This document shows positions 37,046 through 52,045 of a stretch of DNA of 64,000 nucleotides, piece after piece (position 1 is the stretch's first letter; every line of letters begins with the position of its first letter). The position numbers and the translations under genes were made by a program. Origin of the DNA: Eledone cirrhosa (taxonomy: Eukaryota); assembly GCA_964016885.1 (NCBI GenBank), contig OZ024746.1:29202001-29266000 (forward strand), written 5' to 3'. The notes under the pieces were generated by a model. It searched no databases. It was not told where the DNA came from and worked only from the letters and a program-made list of their open reading frames with translations.

Positions 37046-39202
37046 ATACACACAACAGCTGAAGTGGAAAAGATTTGAAAAAAAAAAGTGATTAATATAT
37101 GTCGGAGAAATAGATGTGGATTTTCATAACATGTCATGGCATATTCCTAACACCTATATACGGTACATTTATATATGTATATAATATATAGTTCGATTTC
37201 TTACAACATAATTGAAGAATCTTAACGAACTATCGGTTTGCTGAAACATACATATAGATATGTTGTAAGAAACCGATTAATCTATATATATATATAAATA
37301 TGAAGGAACCATTTATGCCCCGGTAACTGAAATATATATGTATGTGCGTGTGTGTGTGTAGTTTATTCAATTTCTTGCAGTATATCTATAACGTTTCAGC
37401 AGACCGATAGATTGGTAAGATACTTCAAAGAAGTACTACGTTGTAAAAAAAAAAAAGCCGAATAAATAAACTTGCATTTACTTTACTAATCAATATTGAG
37501 TTCGTCCTTTCTTGGTGACTATCAAATCACTAGATACAAACATTATAAATATATATATATATATATATCACTACCTTCGAACGAATAAAGTTTACTAAAT
37601 ATGTTGAGTACTTTTCCGTTTGTACACCGAAGCGTGGATATATGTGTGTGTGTGTATGTATGTATGTATGTATGTATGTATGTATGTGTGTGTGTGTGTG
37701 TGTGTATTAGTCTTCATTTTCAGGTTTTAAATATATTTCAGAACTAAATACTATAATAAATGCTATAGATCTATCTATCGGGAGGTAACGATTGGTGATA
37801 TTTACCTAATCAAGTCGGTTTTATTCACAATATTTTCATTTGATGTAATTCATATAGTCATCGTCTTCCTCTTCAAAGTAATGGAGAATAAATTATTAAA
37901 TTCCGAATTTATTCTCTGATAATTAATTCACGTCTTCCATCATATAAAATTGCATGTGTGGCGGTAGTGTTGTCAGAGGTGGAGAGCATTATATACATCA
38001 ATAAATCTATATAGAATATATATATATTCTTTTCTTTTTTTGTGGAATCGCAATGCCTTTACACAAAGCATTTAAGCATCTCTCCCGGCAACAATAAAAT
38101 TGTCTAAAAGCATCCATATATATTAAATTACATGTCGTAAATGTCCCTGCCACCACTTGTCGATCTTGACGGGGCTAAAATAAATTAGGTCACAATCGGT
38201 CCATATCCGATGGTGACTTCTTTTGGAAAATTTGCTGTCTCATAATTATACCAGCCACGGAAGACTCGTTTGAAAAATATTTTTACTGCTGCTTATTTCA
38301 CATAATTCATTGTGTGATTGACTGCTATCTTTCTGTTGTTGCTGTTGATGATAGTTATACAATAACTTCAACTAAACCATTATTTTACATCTATGTATAA
38401 ATATATAATACATAAAAATAAATATATATACATGAAATAAAAATACCTCCGGTTTTTTATCTAGCCATCTATACATACACAAACATAAATATATATATTT
38501 ATATATATATATTACCGTACACACATGCACAAGAGGCAGCCGCTCACTCACACATAGATCTCTGCAGGTGCTCCCTCTCTCTCCAAAATTTTAAATAATT
38601 CTAAATGTTCAGCTTATTGTTATCTTAATAAATACATTCTTTTTCTTCTCTTATTTTTCTCATTTTCATTTTCGAGGTTATACATTTTTTTTTTTTTCTG
38701 AAACGTAACTTTTAAAAAAATTATTTCATGTAATAGAATTTTTTTTTTATCGTAAATCAGCAGTGAATTCTAATCGGCTTTATTCTCTCTCTCCCTCTCC
38801 CCTCTCTCTCTCTCTCTCTCTTCCGCTTTGATTTCCTCTTTTAGTCTCTTTCTTTTATTTTCTTTGTCTCCCGGCTGTCGTTCTTTCTCTTTGTTCCCCT
38901 CTTCCACTTCCGCCTCTTCTACTCTCTCTTACTTCCCCTACTTCCACTTTCTAGCTATATGTTTCTCTCTTTCCCCCTCTTCCACTCTATCTAGCTGTAT
39001 CTATCTCTCTCTCATTCTCTCTCTCTCTCTTCTTTTTCTGCTCTCTCTATCTATGTATCTTTCCCCTTCCCTCTTCCAACGAGCCTATCTATATATCTCT
39101 TCCTTTTCCCCTTCACTGTGTCACACGATATCTGTTTTTCTTTTGTCTACCCATTCTTTTATTACCTTCTCCCTTTCTCCCTGTATTCTGTCTATTATTT
39201 CT

Positions 39203-39280
<78 letters not shown>

Positions 39281-39929
39281 CTTTGTTCGAGTCAACTACG
39301 GCAGCCTGTAATGAGATATTACTGGACCGGCTAGAAATAGCAACCAAATCTCCTTTAAATCACACCTAATGTAGTCTCGAGGTCACTAGTTTTGTGGTAA
39401 AGCCGGAATAGTCACGACTGGAATGTCATTGTCTACAGATCTACTGGGGGCTAAACCTGCAATCAAATGATATTTTAGAATGACACAGGATTAGATAGTG
39501 TGGTGTTGAGGTCACTGTGTCTATAGAGTGGTGGAATGGTCATGGCCGGAACGTCATTGTTTATAGATCTGTTCTACTGAGTGCTAACTTAAACAATTGT
39601 ACGCAAAGACTGCGAAATGACTGAGTCGTTAAAATGTCATATAGAATGCTTTTCAAATTTTATTCACATAGTTGGCTTACAAAACATTGATGATTACATA
39701 AATATGAAAAAGAAAGATAAAAGCAAAATTAAGTAATAAGAAAACGAGGGAGGGATAAAGAAGGGCAGATCTGGCTGTATGGGAAAGTAGAGAAAAGGAC
39801 TATAAACGCTATATTTGAGAGGAAACGGAAGGGAAAAGAAAGGACTGTTGGGTCACAGAAGAAAGGGGGAAAGGGGAGAGGGTAATGGGCTCTGGGCCTA
39901 GGGCAGAGCAGTATTTGGGTTGAGACTCG

Positions 39930-40470
39930 CGGACAAAACTGCAAAGGCATTTCTGCAGACAGTGACCACGGATACTTGCTGCAACAGCTACCCCACCTCA
40001 CGGGTCTCCTTCCTCAGATGGGCTGCTGATGCTACGATCTTGTGGAGGAGTTCGGCAGTATAGGGTCCGAGGACGCCTGAGGTTTCGCCGGCGACCGGTG
40101 CAAAGAGGAAGCGGTCGGACAATTGCTGGTATTTGTTTGTCTTTCTGTCCTCTGCATTGCGACCGCAGTACGGGATTTGTAGCCAAAGCGATTAAGTTGG
40201 AGGCGGAGAAGGTGTCACAACATGTGGTGTCCCAAACGAGGGATTTACCTCCTTCAAATAGGAAGAGTTTAATTCTGTTGGGACGCTTGGTTGCTGGATC
40301 TAGTTGTGATGGGAAGCCAGTAGCATCCCGGCTCCTTTTCAATTTGTTGTTGAGAGTGGCATGTCGGGGGAACAGGCCTGCTCTCCGATCACGTGCACTC
40401 GTCATCAAGAAGGGTATCGGTTGATGAGGAGAGCACCGAACTGAGCCATGCACCAGCTGTTTGGCTGCGA
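39930..40470 (-). mobile_element. Fragment of a CRE-like non-LTR retrotransposon (RLE region)
   Basis: RHATLNNKLKR...RPNRI...GKSLVWDTTCCDTFS. Confidence 0.65.
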
Positions 40471-40509
40471 AATGGATTGGAGGCAAGCGAGGTCGTGTTT
40501 AACCAAGCC

Positions 40510-42710
40510 AGTGGTCTGGGTGCTTCTTGTCGTGGCACCTACAAGATCACTTTGCTGTGTTGGCTGGATGCTTTTCGTTGTGACACCAACACAATAACTT
40601 TACAGTGTAAGAGGGGTGTGATCAGATGTGGGTGGGGTGTTAGGGCATGTGAGGTGCATGGAAGGAAAAGGGAGGATAGTGATTAAGAGGTGCATACTAG
40701 ATGTATGCTTTGGTCCATGTGCATAGGAAGTCGGGTTTTCTGTATTACTGCATAATGCCAAAGATTTCGATCTTGTGTCATTATGCAGTAAAGTCAGCCT
40801 TTATCACCTCATCCCAGGTCTTCCTACTCCATAGCTTCCATTAACTTTGATCGGCTTGCACCTTTTTAATCATACAGCTGTCATCCTTCATACACATCAG
40901 ATGGCCATACTAACTCAATCTCCTCTTATACACAGTTTCTCTCTCAGTTTATTTACGCTTTGCAGTTAAAGTATATTACTATTAGCATCCATCAGATCAT
41001 GCAGGTTTCATTTCTTTCCAATTTCACAGGTCCCCTGCACACGGTGCCCAGGTTTCACTACCATGCAACATTGCTGTTCATATACATGCATCGTACAATT
41101 TGCATTTCATTTTAAGGAGAAAACGCTTTTTAGCTAGTAGCAGTAGTAGCTCTCTGAACTTTCTCCATTCCATTCTTACTCTGGTTACTGTACTTTCAGA
41201 ACATCCTCCTCCACTGCTGATTTGGTCACCCTGGTAACGGAAACTGTCGACTATTTCTACAGAATCGTCTGGACATTTGAAGGAGCTAGTATACTGTGGG
41301 CACTTACTACTTACTGCACCTGTGCATCCGCTGCATATAAAACCTATATTCTTTGATAGTGATCCCACAACATTTTTTATGTACTCATAGCTTGTATTTG
41401 AGACATAGGATGGAATTTTTACCTACTCCTTTCTTGCACACTGAGCAAGACCATTTCCCGGGGGGAATTTGAGCCCTATTGAGCCCTATTTTCTTTTCTA
41501 CATACTAGGACTTTAGTCTTTGTCAAATTAACTTTAAGACCTTTTGATTATAGACCATGCTTCCAGGTTTGAAATGTCTTCTCTAGAATATAGATTCAGC
41601 TATGAGGGTTAGATCATCTGCATACAGGAGTTCCCATGGGCAGCCCGTCTTAAACTCTTCTGTTATAGGATGTAAGGCAATAATAAAAAGGAGAGGACAC
41701 CTACCTGCACGCTAAATTCTTCACTATAGGCATTGTTAATTCTAACCGTGCTGACTATTCCTCTATATATGGCTTGTACAGCTTTCACAAGCCACTCATC
41801 TACTTCTAGTTTTCTAAGAGCCCACCAGGTAATGGAACGGAGGATGTTGTCGAATGCTTTCTCCACATCAACAAAAGCTAAGTAGAGGAGTTTACTTTTA
41901 GCTAGGTACTTCTCCTGCAGTTACCCTCGTGGAAGAGAGCATCCATGTTACTTTTACCTGGCACAAATCCAAACTGCATTTCATCTAGATTAACTTGGTC
42001 CCTAATCAGCTGTGCAATAACTCTTTCTGTGACCTTCATGATCTGGTCAACCAATTTAATGCCTCTATAATTTTCTCTGTCTAGAGCATTTCATTTACCC
42101 TTGTAACAGTTGACAATGATGTTGCTACACCAATCATTGGGCATGACACCATTTTGTATTTCTTGCTTTTACATATCGATGGCCATGGTGCTAGCCATGA
42201 TCTCAAATGCTTTCAGCATCTGGGCAACTATCCCCAAATGTCCAGCGTCTTTGCCTGTCTACATATCTTTGATTGCCTTACTGTACTACTGCTAACTTGC
42301 ACAGCCTGTCCTCTGTTGGGTCAACTTGGGGCAAACTATCTTCATCCCATTAATTCTCCTCATTCAGTAGTCTTTCATAGTGGCACTTCCAAGCTACCTC
42401 CTTTTCATCATTAGTGAGGGCGAGTACTCCGTTACCATCACAATTTTCCCTGACACATTGCCTCACAATCCTGAATACTTCATGCATTTGCTCCTCGTGT
42501 TGTAAAACATGCTTAAAGTTTTTATCTTCTGCTTCCCTTCTTGCAAAGTACACTAGTCACCTAGCCTCCTGGTAGTTTTCTCTACTTTCCCTATCTCGCC
42601 ATTTTTCCATGCCTGTCTTTTGGCCTTAATTGTCTCCTTCATCCTATTGTTTTACCACCAGGTCACCCTCCTTCCTAGAGACCTGCTCCAACTACAGATT
42701 TTGTTGGTCG
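40510..42710 (-). mobile_element. Degraded RTE LINE (older related copy)
   Basis: Frameshifted RT fragments ([31 protein letters not shown]) collinear with copy 1. Confidence 0.88.
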
Positions 42711-42764
42711 CCTTCGATACCTTGGTGACGACAATGATGTGCTGCTGTTGTCAACAAGGTATCA

Positions 42765-43145
42765 ACATTCCACTGTCAGTGATATGCTGCTGTAATCACC
42801 AAGGTATAAACATCCCACTGTCAGTAATATGCTGATGTGGTCACCAAGGTCTGGACATCTCACTGTCAGTCGTATGCTGCTGTAGTCACCAAGGTATAGA
42901 CATCCCACTGTCAGTGATGTGCTGATGTGGTCACCAAGGTCTGGGCATCTCACTGTCAGTCGTATGCTGCTGTAGTCACCAAGGTATAGACATCCCACTG
43001 TCAGTGATGTGCTGATGTGGTCACCAAGGTCTGGACATCTCACTGTCAGTTGTATGCTGCTGTAGTCACCAAGGTATAGACATCCCACTGTCAGTGATGT
43101 GCTGATGTGGTCACCAATATCTTGATATCCCACTGTCAGTAATGT
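42765..43145. repeat. Minisatellite with alternating units of about 45 bp (higher-order period about 90 bp)
   Basis: Recurring CACTGTCAGT...TGCTG...TCACCAAGGT. Confidence 0.88.
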
Positions 43146-43157
43146 GGTGAGGGTGTA

Positions 43158-43225
<68 letters not shown>

Positions 43226-44639
43226 ATAAAGAAGTGTGATTGTGAATATGTAAGAGAGACTGGGAGGGTGGGAGGGATGTTGAGATAGAGTGAGAAGTGA
43301 GTGAATATATGAGAGAAAACAGGAGAGATCTGAAGAAAATGTGTAAGAGAGAAGAGAGGGAAGTGAAGGTGTACATGTTTGTTATTGAGAGTGTGTGTGT
43401 ATATGTTAGTGAGAGAGAGAGAGCGTATGTAAGAGAGAGTGGGGGGATGGAGAGAGGTGGGGGCTTAGATACTGTGTGCGAGAGAGAGGGAAGTGTGCCT
43501 AAAGAGAGGCGGGAGATCATGTGCGCGCATGTGTGCGAGAGAGAGAGACAGTGTGTGTATCTAAATGAGAACGTCTACATGTTAGTATATTATATGTCGT
43601 TGAAAGTGACAGAGTGTGTGTGTATCTAAATAGAAAATGGAAGTGTTAATACCTGTATGTGTATATCTAAAAAATAAAGTGAACGTGTTAGTAAATGCGT
43701 GTGTATGTGTGAGAAAAGAGTATGTGTGTGTATATCTAAAAAGAAAGTGCATGTGTTTATGTGTGTGTCTGATCAGAGAGAATGTCGTGGTTGAGATATC
43801 CTCGAACACGTTTATGATGAAAGACGTTCCAGCCGTGACCAATCCGTCGTTTTTCTTTTTCGGACATCCCACATTACTCACAACCGGAAGTTCTCTGTGA
43901 AAGAATGCCCTATAAGGTAGTTATGCCAGTGTTGAAGGCAGGGAGGAATTAAGCTTGTATGGGATCCCTGACTGTATTATTTATTGTAACCAAAACAATA
44001 ATTTTGAACCGTTTAAATATTGTGGTACCTTCTGGCTACAGCTAGTGAGTCTTTAACTCACCACTAGTCGAAAGTATCGTGGTACCTCATAGCTTCAACC
44101 CTGTCAAATCCTCCTCCTTAATTCGCCACTGGTCGAGAGTGTATTATTTACCATTTGAATATAGTCCGCGGAAACGCCTTTCTAGTTTTGTCGCGGGGCG
44201 AAGCCGAAACACCATCCCGACCTAGGTGCAGAGTCTGTCACCCATTCCCATTCCTCCGTGGCCTAATAGTCCTTGCTTACCTTTAATCCGCCGCTGGAGA
44301 TCATTGTCTGGGCTGTCTGAAGGTCCTACAGAACAGGCCATTACACTCCAAACCAAAACATCTAGCTACATGATGCCTAATTTTAATAAAAACAAGGCCA
44401 CATAAAAGGAAGCTAAAAGCAAAAAAGCCAAAAGCAATACGGTAGCTTCTTCTACCTAACTAAATACTGTTGAGGAAGAAATATGTACTTGCAAAATATG
44501 TGAAGAGACATTTAATAATGAGAACGATCACCTCTAGCATATGAAAGGTGCGATGATTTACTATATCACGTTCCATTAAAAATCTCGAACACACCATTCG
44601 TGACATCAAAATCAACCCTGAAACTTCCAGAACAAAACT

Positions 44640-44860
44640 TCTGAAACTGAAAGCAAATAAGGCTTGATGTCTTGAATCGATCGATGTAAATATGTTGCTG
44701 CTGTGCTCAAACTTTGATGTTCCTTTTAGTGTTCTGTTTAATCAGACAGGAGTAACACCCCAAGACTGGTATGGTGTGTCCTCCCTGCACAAAAATGACT
44801 CTCTTTCTTATAAAGGTAAGTACCAACCTGTCTTGTTTACTAGTCAAGTAGTCAAGGAGT
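44640..44860 (+). mobile_element. Highly degraded CR1/L2-type RT fragment
   Basis: PQDW...KGKYQPVLFTSQVVKECE resembles the NYRPVSLTS motif. Confidence 0.45.
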
Positions 44861-45867
44861 GTGAGGTAAAGTTACACCGGTTTGGTGGGTTTGATAAATG
44901 AATTTTTTTTCAAAATAATGGTTCGCCTTATATAACTAAGTCTTATATAACGGCGTGTCCTATATAAAGATGCTTCCTACATAATGGCGCGTCTTATAAC
45001 TCGAAGACTATGGTATACATGATAAAAAAAAAAGACAGAAGACATAAGTGAACAACATGAATAATTAAATTACAACAATTGAAATAATTAAAAGAAATAA
45101 CAATTAATTAGATATTTAGTCAAAATATTCTTTTTTTTTTTTTGTTATTTTAATGCTATATTTTATCGTTATATTTATCATTGGATGTTGGTGACTTCAA
45201 CTCTATTCATATTGGCCATTTATTGCCAGAATCGGTAGAGCATCGCGCATAAATCTCTTGCAGTATTTAGGTATGTTCTTTGATAATTCTTAGTTTAAGA
45301 TCACGGACAACTTCCGGTCATTTCCGTGAGTGAAAATAACATACCAAAATATATATATTAAAATATAACTACGTATGAAACACGATATTTTTGACAAAAT
45401 TCAGAATACTGTAATTATTATTACATATGTTTCATTTCTTTTTAGTGCCACCTCTGTTTTAGTGGTTGGCATGGATGGAACACTGCTGGAATCCCAGCAT
45501 TGTTCTTTATTTAAGCCTACATCAGTAAGTTTCCTGGGAGCAGGTGCCGGGTGGTTGCGGTGGTGGTGGGCTTCAAATGTTCTCTGGCGCAGGATCCTTA
45601 GTTACTTTAATCCGGCCTTGACATTAGGTGTCACCTCTGTTTAAGAGGTTGGCATGGTTGGAACGCTGCTGGAATCTCAATATACGTAGGCCTACACTAA
45701 TGTACTTTCAATTTTAATTTTGTTTCTTATGAGCATGTACTGGTAGCATGAAAAGTTTTTAGCCCCGATTTAGGCATAAATGCCACTCAATCTCATTTCA
45801 TTTTTAAAAAAGAAATATATATATATATAACTGCAGTATCGCACTGGAACTGGCTGAGTGTAAGTAT

Positions 45868-46214
45868 TTACAGAGAACCTCCAGCGTACAGCTTTAACCA
45901 AGACGGCATCATTTGTAGATGATTCCGTTTGGACATGTAGTCTGTTGACAAAGATTTCACATAGTCACTGTAAGGGTAATCGGTAGATATCCAGGGTGTG
46001 GTGTAGTTAGCTGCGGGTAGATAGGTGGGTCTGTCTATGTAGCTTGTGAAGTGGGATCCAGTTCTGTGGGATTGTATAGTGTCATTACATTGGACGTGTT
46101 TCACTGAAGACAGGTGGGGAGTGTCATTCCATGCAGGTGGACTTCCGTTAGAGAGGGAACTGATTGGAGATTGACACCGTTGTTCACCTGTCATTTGCAT
46201 ATCGGTTTTCTTCT
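45868..46214 (-). CDS. Probable terminal coding exon of the homeobox gene
   Basis: Poly-T acceptor in phase 1, in frame with the 110-aa S/P/Y-rich ORF ending in TAA. Confidence 0.72.
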
Positions 46215-46794
46215 CTAAAAAAAAAAGAAAAATATAAAATTTAATTTGTTATAAATTATTCCATTTTTTTCACAAATTTCTCATTAAAATATATTATATA
46301 CGTAAGTAAATCTACGATATTATATACATAAATATATCTACGACATTATATACATAAATATATATATATCTACGATCGGGTTTTTGTATGTTTTGCAAGA
46401 TATTTGATGCGAAATCATATGCTGAAACAAATACTGTATTTTGGTTGGGTTATACTGCCAATTAAAAAATAAAATAGTTGAGTTTCACTTCTGTTTGTTT
46501 TTAGTTAAGTAACTAATCCATTCATCGGTTAGTTTAGTGACGGAGTAATTGTTTAAATGTTGTCGAAGCTCTTTCATTAAACATCTTGTGGCGTTCTCAA
46601 TGAATATTCTTGCTCCTCTGTGTCTCCCCGTCTATATATACATTACTCTATATAAGTATACAGTATATACAACTATACTATGTACACAAGTATATACATT
46701 ATATATTATATACATTACTATATATATATATATGCCTCAAACAATAACATTGGGATTTGCCCTGTTGCAGCTACAACTTCGATTCATTCCTAAC

Positions 46795-46845
<51 letters not shown>

Positions 46846-47257
46846 GACCCGCCTTGCCTAAGTACAAAGCGAAACCTACAGTCAGTAGGCACCTCTTAAC
46901 AAAAATACACCCCCGTCCCACTACCCCCACCCTATCCACACCACCCCTTTCGATGTAAAGTTATGTTGGTACCACAACATCCAGTCCGAAATAAATGAGG
47001 TCGTGTAGGTGTCACGACAAAAAAAAAACACACACAGTCCACGCTGTAATGTGGCCGTGTAGGTAACACAGTAAAAACCTCCCAGTCCACACTGTAAACG
47101 TGGTTGGTGTTAGGAAGGGCATCCAGCCGTAGAAAACACGCCAGATAGTCCTATATGAGCAAGACAACCAATCTTGCCTCAAGTGGGAAAATTACCGCCC
47201 AAACCCATGCAAGCGTGGAAGATGGACGTTAAACGATGATGATGATGATGATGATGA

Positions 47258-47336
<79 letters not shown>

Positions 47337-49512
47337 ATAATTGTTTCTACTTTTTATATAATGTATTTACGACTATATTGTTTACATCATTTTATTAATG
47401 TGTAAATTATACATATAATTGTATCTACAACTACATTATACTTATTTGCATATATTTTTCACGATTAGAAAAATATATGCTGCTCTCTGTAACTGTTGGA
47501 AATTAATAATTGTTTTTATTTTAGGCACAAGGCCAGCAAATACCCTGTACATTACTGGTACTTTATTTTATCGACCCCGTAATGATGAAAGGCAAAGTTA
47601 ACCTCGGCGGGATTTGAACTCAGATCATAAATGGAAATTAATAATTGTTTCTACTTTAGGCACAAGGCCAGCAAATACCCAGTGCATTACTGGTACTTTA
47701 TTTTATCGACCCCGTAAGGATGAAAGGCAAAGTAAACCTCGGCGGGATTTGAACTCAGACCGTAAAGGGACGTAACTATGCTGGAAAGCATGGCGTCCGA
47801 CTCTCTACCGATATTACCAATCCTCCACCAAATGTAAACATTACTTCCTCGATCTCTAGACGATTGAAAGTTGTCTCCCTTGGTTAATATTGCGCGAGAG
47901 TGACCTCCCTTATTTTTCAGTCCTAGGCTAGGGATTTTGAATTGATAAAATGTAAAATACCCCCCTTCTTTCTTTCTACACGGACGCGCGTGTGCGCACA
48001 CACACACACACACAAATATATATTTGTTTTGTAAGATTCTTGATGTGAAATCGTATATTGTAACCGATATTTTTATATTTGGAATTGGTAATTTGTCGTC
48101 ACCAATATCAACGCAACCGTCACAACCAACATCTCCGCCACCAGCACCGCCGCCACCACCAGTACTGCCGCCACCACCAGCACCACCGCCGCTACCACCA
48201 GCACCAACGGCACTATCACCAACATCGCCGCCGATATTATTATCATGACCCCCCCCCCCCCCAATCACTCTATCCACTAGGCAATGTACTTGAAATTATT
48301 AAATAGCTTAAATATTTGTGTTGAACATCCGTCAGTTGCGATGATGCCTCATTTAATTGTTGTATCAGCGAAACAACTTGTTCGTGAAATCATATAAAAG
48401 GGGTTGAGTATTCCGTAGACATTTGTATCTTCAACACAATCCTCATGGAGATGAAACGTGTGACACACTGTGTGAACAAGGTTCGTCCTTTGAATTACAG
48501 ATACAACTCATTTTTACTCTACTTTCGTGGATTAGGGGCATAGCCTGGTCCTGAAATCCAACTTATGATTACCCAAGCCTATGATCACCCTTGCCACATA
48601 GTTAACCCATACAGGTGCCTGCATTTGTTAATTATGTTATGGCCACCTTAACTATTGAATGGAAGGTGTCCTAGCATGCTTACCATCTTGACCTGATATA
48701 TAATGGTTTGGGTTGATCCCTTTCCGCCATTTTGCACGTCTGTTCTGGAACCAAACCTGAACAGAAACATATTGACACAGTGGAGGTTTAAAATTTCATG
48801 TATTTCAACACAATAAACAAAAAGAAGGAAAAAAGGAGGGAATTAAAAAGTGAAGGAGAAAGGAGAGGGGAAAATTCTATAACCATGAGTTTGGAGGGCA
48901 ACCGACACAATAAGTAAACTGTCAGTGAAATCCCGGTATTTTTATTTTCTGCTCCTCTGCATTACGGGTGGGCAGAGTCGACAACATTCCTTGACTGGTG
49001 GGATGGAAGTTGGAAGATATCCTCAAACTGGCGACGTAGTCCCAATACTTGCAACAGAATAGACTCCACAAAAGTCCCAAGAACCAGATTGGTAATGTTA
49101 AAGTTTTTGTTACCACGAAAAGCATTGCTTAGGATTTTCTATTTTTTTCTTTAAGAATCGAGAATTTGGAAGGATTTTATAATTTCACTAACTTTCTCAT
49201 TTTTAGTTAATTTGAGGACACAAGAAAGGTTCTTACATAAACTTATGATGGTAAGTTTTTAGATAAATATAAATAATTTAAAACAATTTAATTCGTAAAA
49301 CCATAGGCAGTTTCAGGTGGGTTTGTACCAAAAAGGTTAAATCTTATCAAGCTAAAGTGGAATAATTTGGTCCTTCTCTTTGTCTTACCTGGACTCTAGC
49401 TTCGTCTAAGGAAAGTTTCCTTGCCAGATCTTCTCGTGTGATAACATCTGGATATGGTGCTTTCCGGAATGTTCTCTCCATCTGTTCCAGTTGATGAGAT
49501 GTGAATGTTGTT
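45868..49512 (-). CDS. PRD-class (paired-like, Q50) homeobox gene, Repo-like, last three coding exons; 5' exon(s) not found
   Basis: Spliced product [42 protein letters not shown]|[24 protein letters not shown]|EKKTDMQ...AGGSL*. The intron between homeodomain codons 46 and 47 is the canonical PRD position. Confidence 0.88.
46842..47260 (+). mobile_element. RTE 3'UTR fragment inserted in (TA)n
   Basis: Reverse complement of the 32140-32530 3' end; ends in (GAT)n. Confidence 0.88.
47505..47830 (-). mobile_element. SINE family A, one partial and one full copy
   Basis: Reverse complement of the family A consensus. Confidence 0.85.
48684..48756 (-). CDS. Homeobox exon (helix 3, [12 protein letters not shown])
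   Basis: ctgttcag|GTTTGGTTCCAGAACAGACGTGCAAAATGGCGGAAA...G|GTAAG; too short to appear in the ORF track. Confidence 0.92.
49389..49512 (-). CDS. Homeobox exon (homeodomain residues 6-46)
   Basis: Acceptor tctcacag, donor CAG|GTAAG. Confidence 0.92.
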
Positions 49513-50079
49513 CTGTGAGAGACGAATACAGTAGAAAATAGAAACAATCAATATTATTTATATAACTTCATTGATATTATAAATGTTAAAAATATCAAAC
49601 AGCAAGTGAACGGGTAGGAAAAATTGGTAGAGCATCAGATAAAATATTTTACGAAATGTTTTGGACTCATCACTTTTTGAGTTCAAATCCCACTAGAATT
49701 AATTTTCTTTCCATCCTTCTGAGGTCGATAAAATAAAGTACCAGTCAAGTATTCGGATTGATGAAATCGATCACTTGCCCAAGTAGAAATCACTTTTTTT
49801 TTATTATTATACTGTAGATGGCGATAAAATTGGTAATATGCCGGATACAATATTATGCCGGCTAAGATAGTATACTGCATAAGATAGTATGTCGAATAAA
49901 ATAGGTGGTTTGCCGGATAAAATTGTATGTTGGATAAGGTAGTAAGCCGGATAAGATAGGTAGTATGTCGGATAAAAAAATGCTGCTGTATTTAGTAACG
50001 ACAGTATGCGTTTGAGAATGAAGGACGAACAAATGATTTAAAAAACCCCTTTGGTCCAATATTTCAAGTTACTATCTTA

Positions 50080-50113
<34 letters not shown>

Positions 50114-50706
50114 TAAATCATGTCTATAGAATCAATCAGATATTAAAATATATACTATTTCTTCTTCTAATTAGCATAATTAACCATATACATAATCAAA
50201 TCTAGCAAGCTTTAAGAATAAATTTTCTAACGGGGAAATCTCTGACAAACAATTGATCGCAGCTAGTTCGCGGTAGCTCCGTTCCACTATTTATCAAACA
50301 CTTCGGCAGCATGCAGAATCCGATCAAACATATCGTCAACCGCACGTAATTAGTAGTAAAATTAAACTTAGAAGAAATGTGCACATACCGTAATTATATC
50401 TCTACCATGGTTTCTTCCTTATTTAGGACATCCAAATAATATGGATGTCTTGAGTTAGGAATCATCAGGAGACAAACTCAGAATCAGACATTTAATTTCT
50501 CAAACCGAACGCGCCAAATTTAGATTCAAAAATGGCTAAGATCGCTATGTAGCTGTGTACCAGCCAGAGAGAAAGCGTGTGATTGGTTGCTTACGGCGAG
50601 TAGGCTTGCTGCTAGAAAGCGCAGCCATATATCGCCAAATTTAATCTCAACCAATAGGGAGATTTTTAAATATAGAGGTTATCACATACATAATGTATGT
50701 GATAAC

Positions 50707-50744
<38 letters not shown>

Positions 50745-51144
50745 GAATAATCGAGAATCGGAATTTCAGCCCACGAAATCACGATAAACAATATCCGATA
50801 TATGTGGCAGAGGGCTCAATAATTTGGAAAAATCAGAGCTATAACTATCGTTAAAATACCAACACATAGAGGTCATGCCTAAAATCACCCATGCAGTCGA
50901 AAATAAACGACCAGGAAGATTCGGGTCACTCAAATAAAATATCAATAAATTAATAAATTAAATGAATGTAAAACTTACCCGGACCCGCTAGAATGATGTT
51001 AAATCTAGTTTCTTGGGTTTCTGCAATTCCTTAATCTGAACGCTATCAGCCCAATAAAAGATATATAAGGCTTATAGAGAAGAGAGGAACAAGGAAAGCT
51101 TTATCAACGAGTCTTTAGTTCCACAGTATAGAAGGGCCCCGAAG

Positions 51145-51920
<776 letters not shown>

Positions 51921-51960
51921 CTTATTGTTCAACAATGCTTCAAGCAAACTTCAATACTCT

Positions 51961-52045
<85 letters not shown>

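Noticed and set aside
42762-43133. Repetitive ORF with Cys/His spacing suggesting zinc fingers
   Set aside because: Translation of a tandem repeat; no C2H2 pattern or splice context.
47687-48306. 196-aa Gly-rich ORF and overlapping Pro/His-rich ORFs
   Set aside because: Low-complexity CCA/CCG tract running into a SINE, inside the homeobox intron.
50979-51034. Possible upstream homeobox exon (QKPKK...RVR followed by GTAAGT)
   Set aside because: In-frame TAG before RVR, and the donor is phase 0 for RVR while the next exon needs phase 2.
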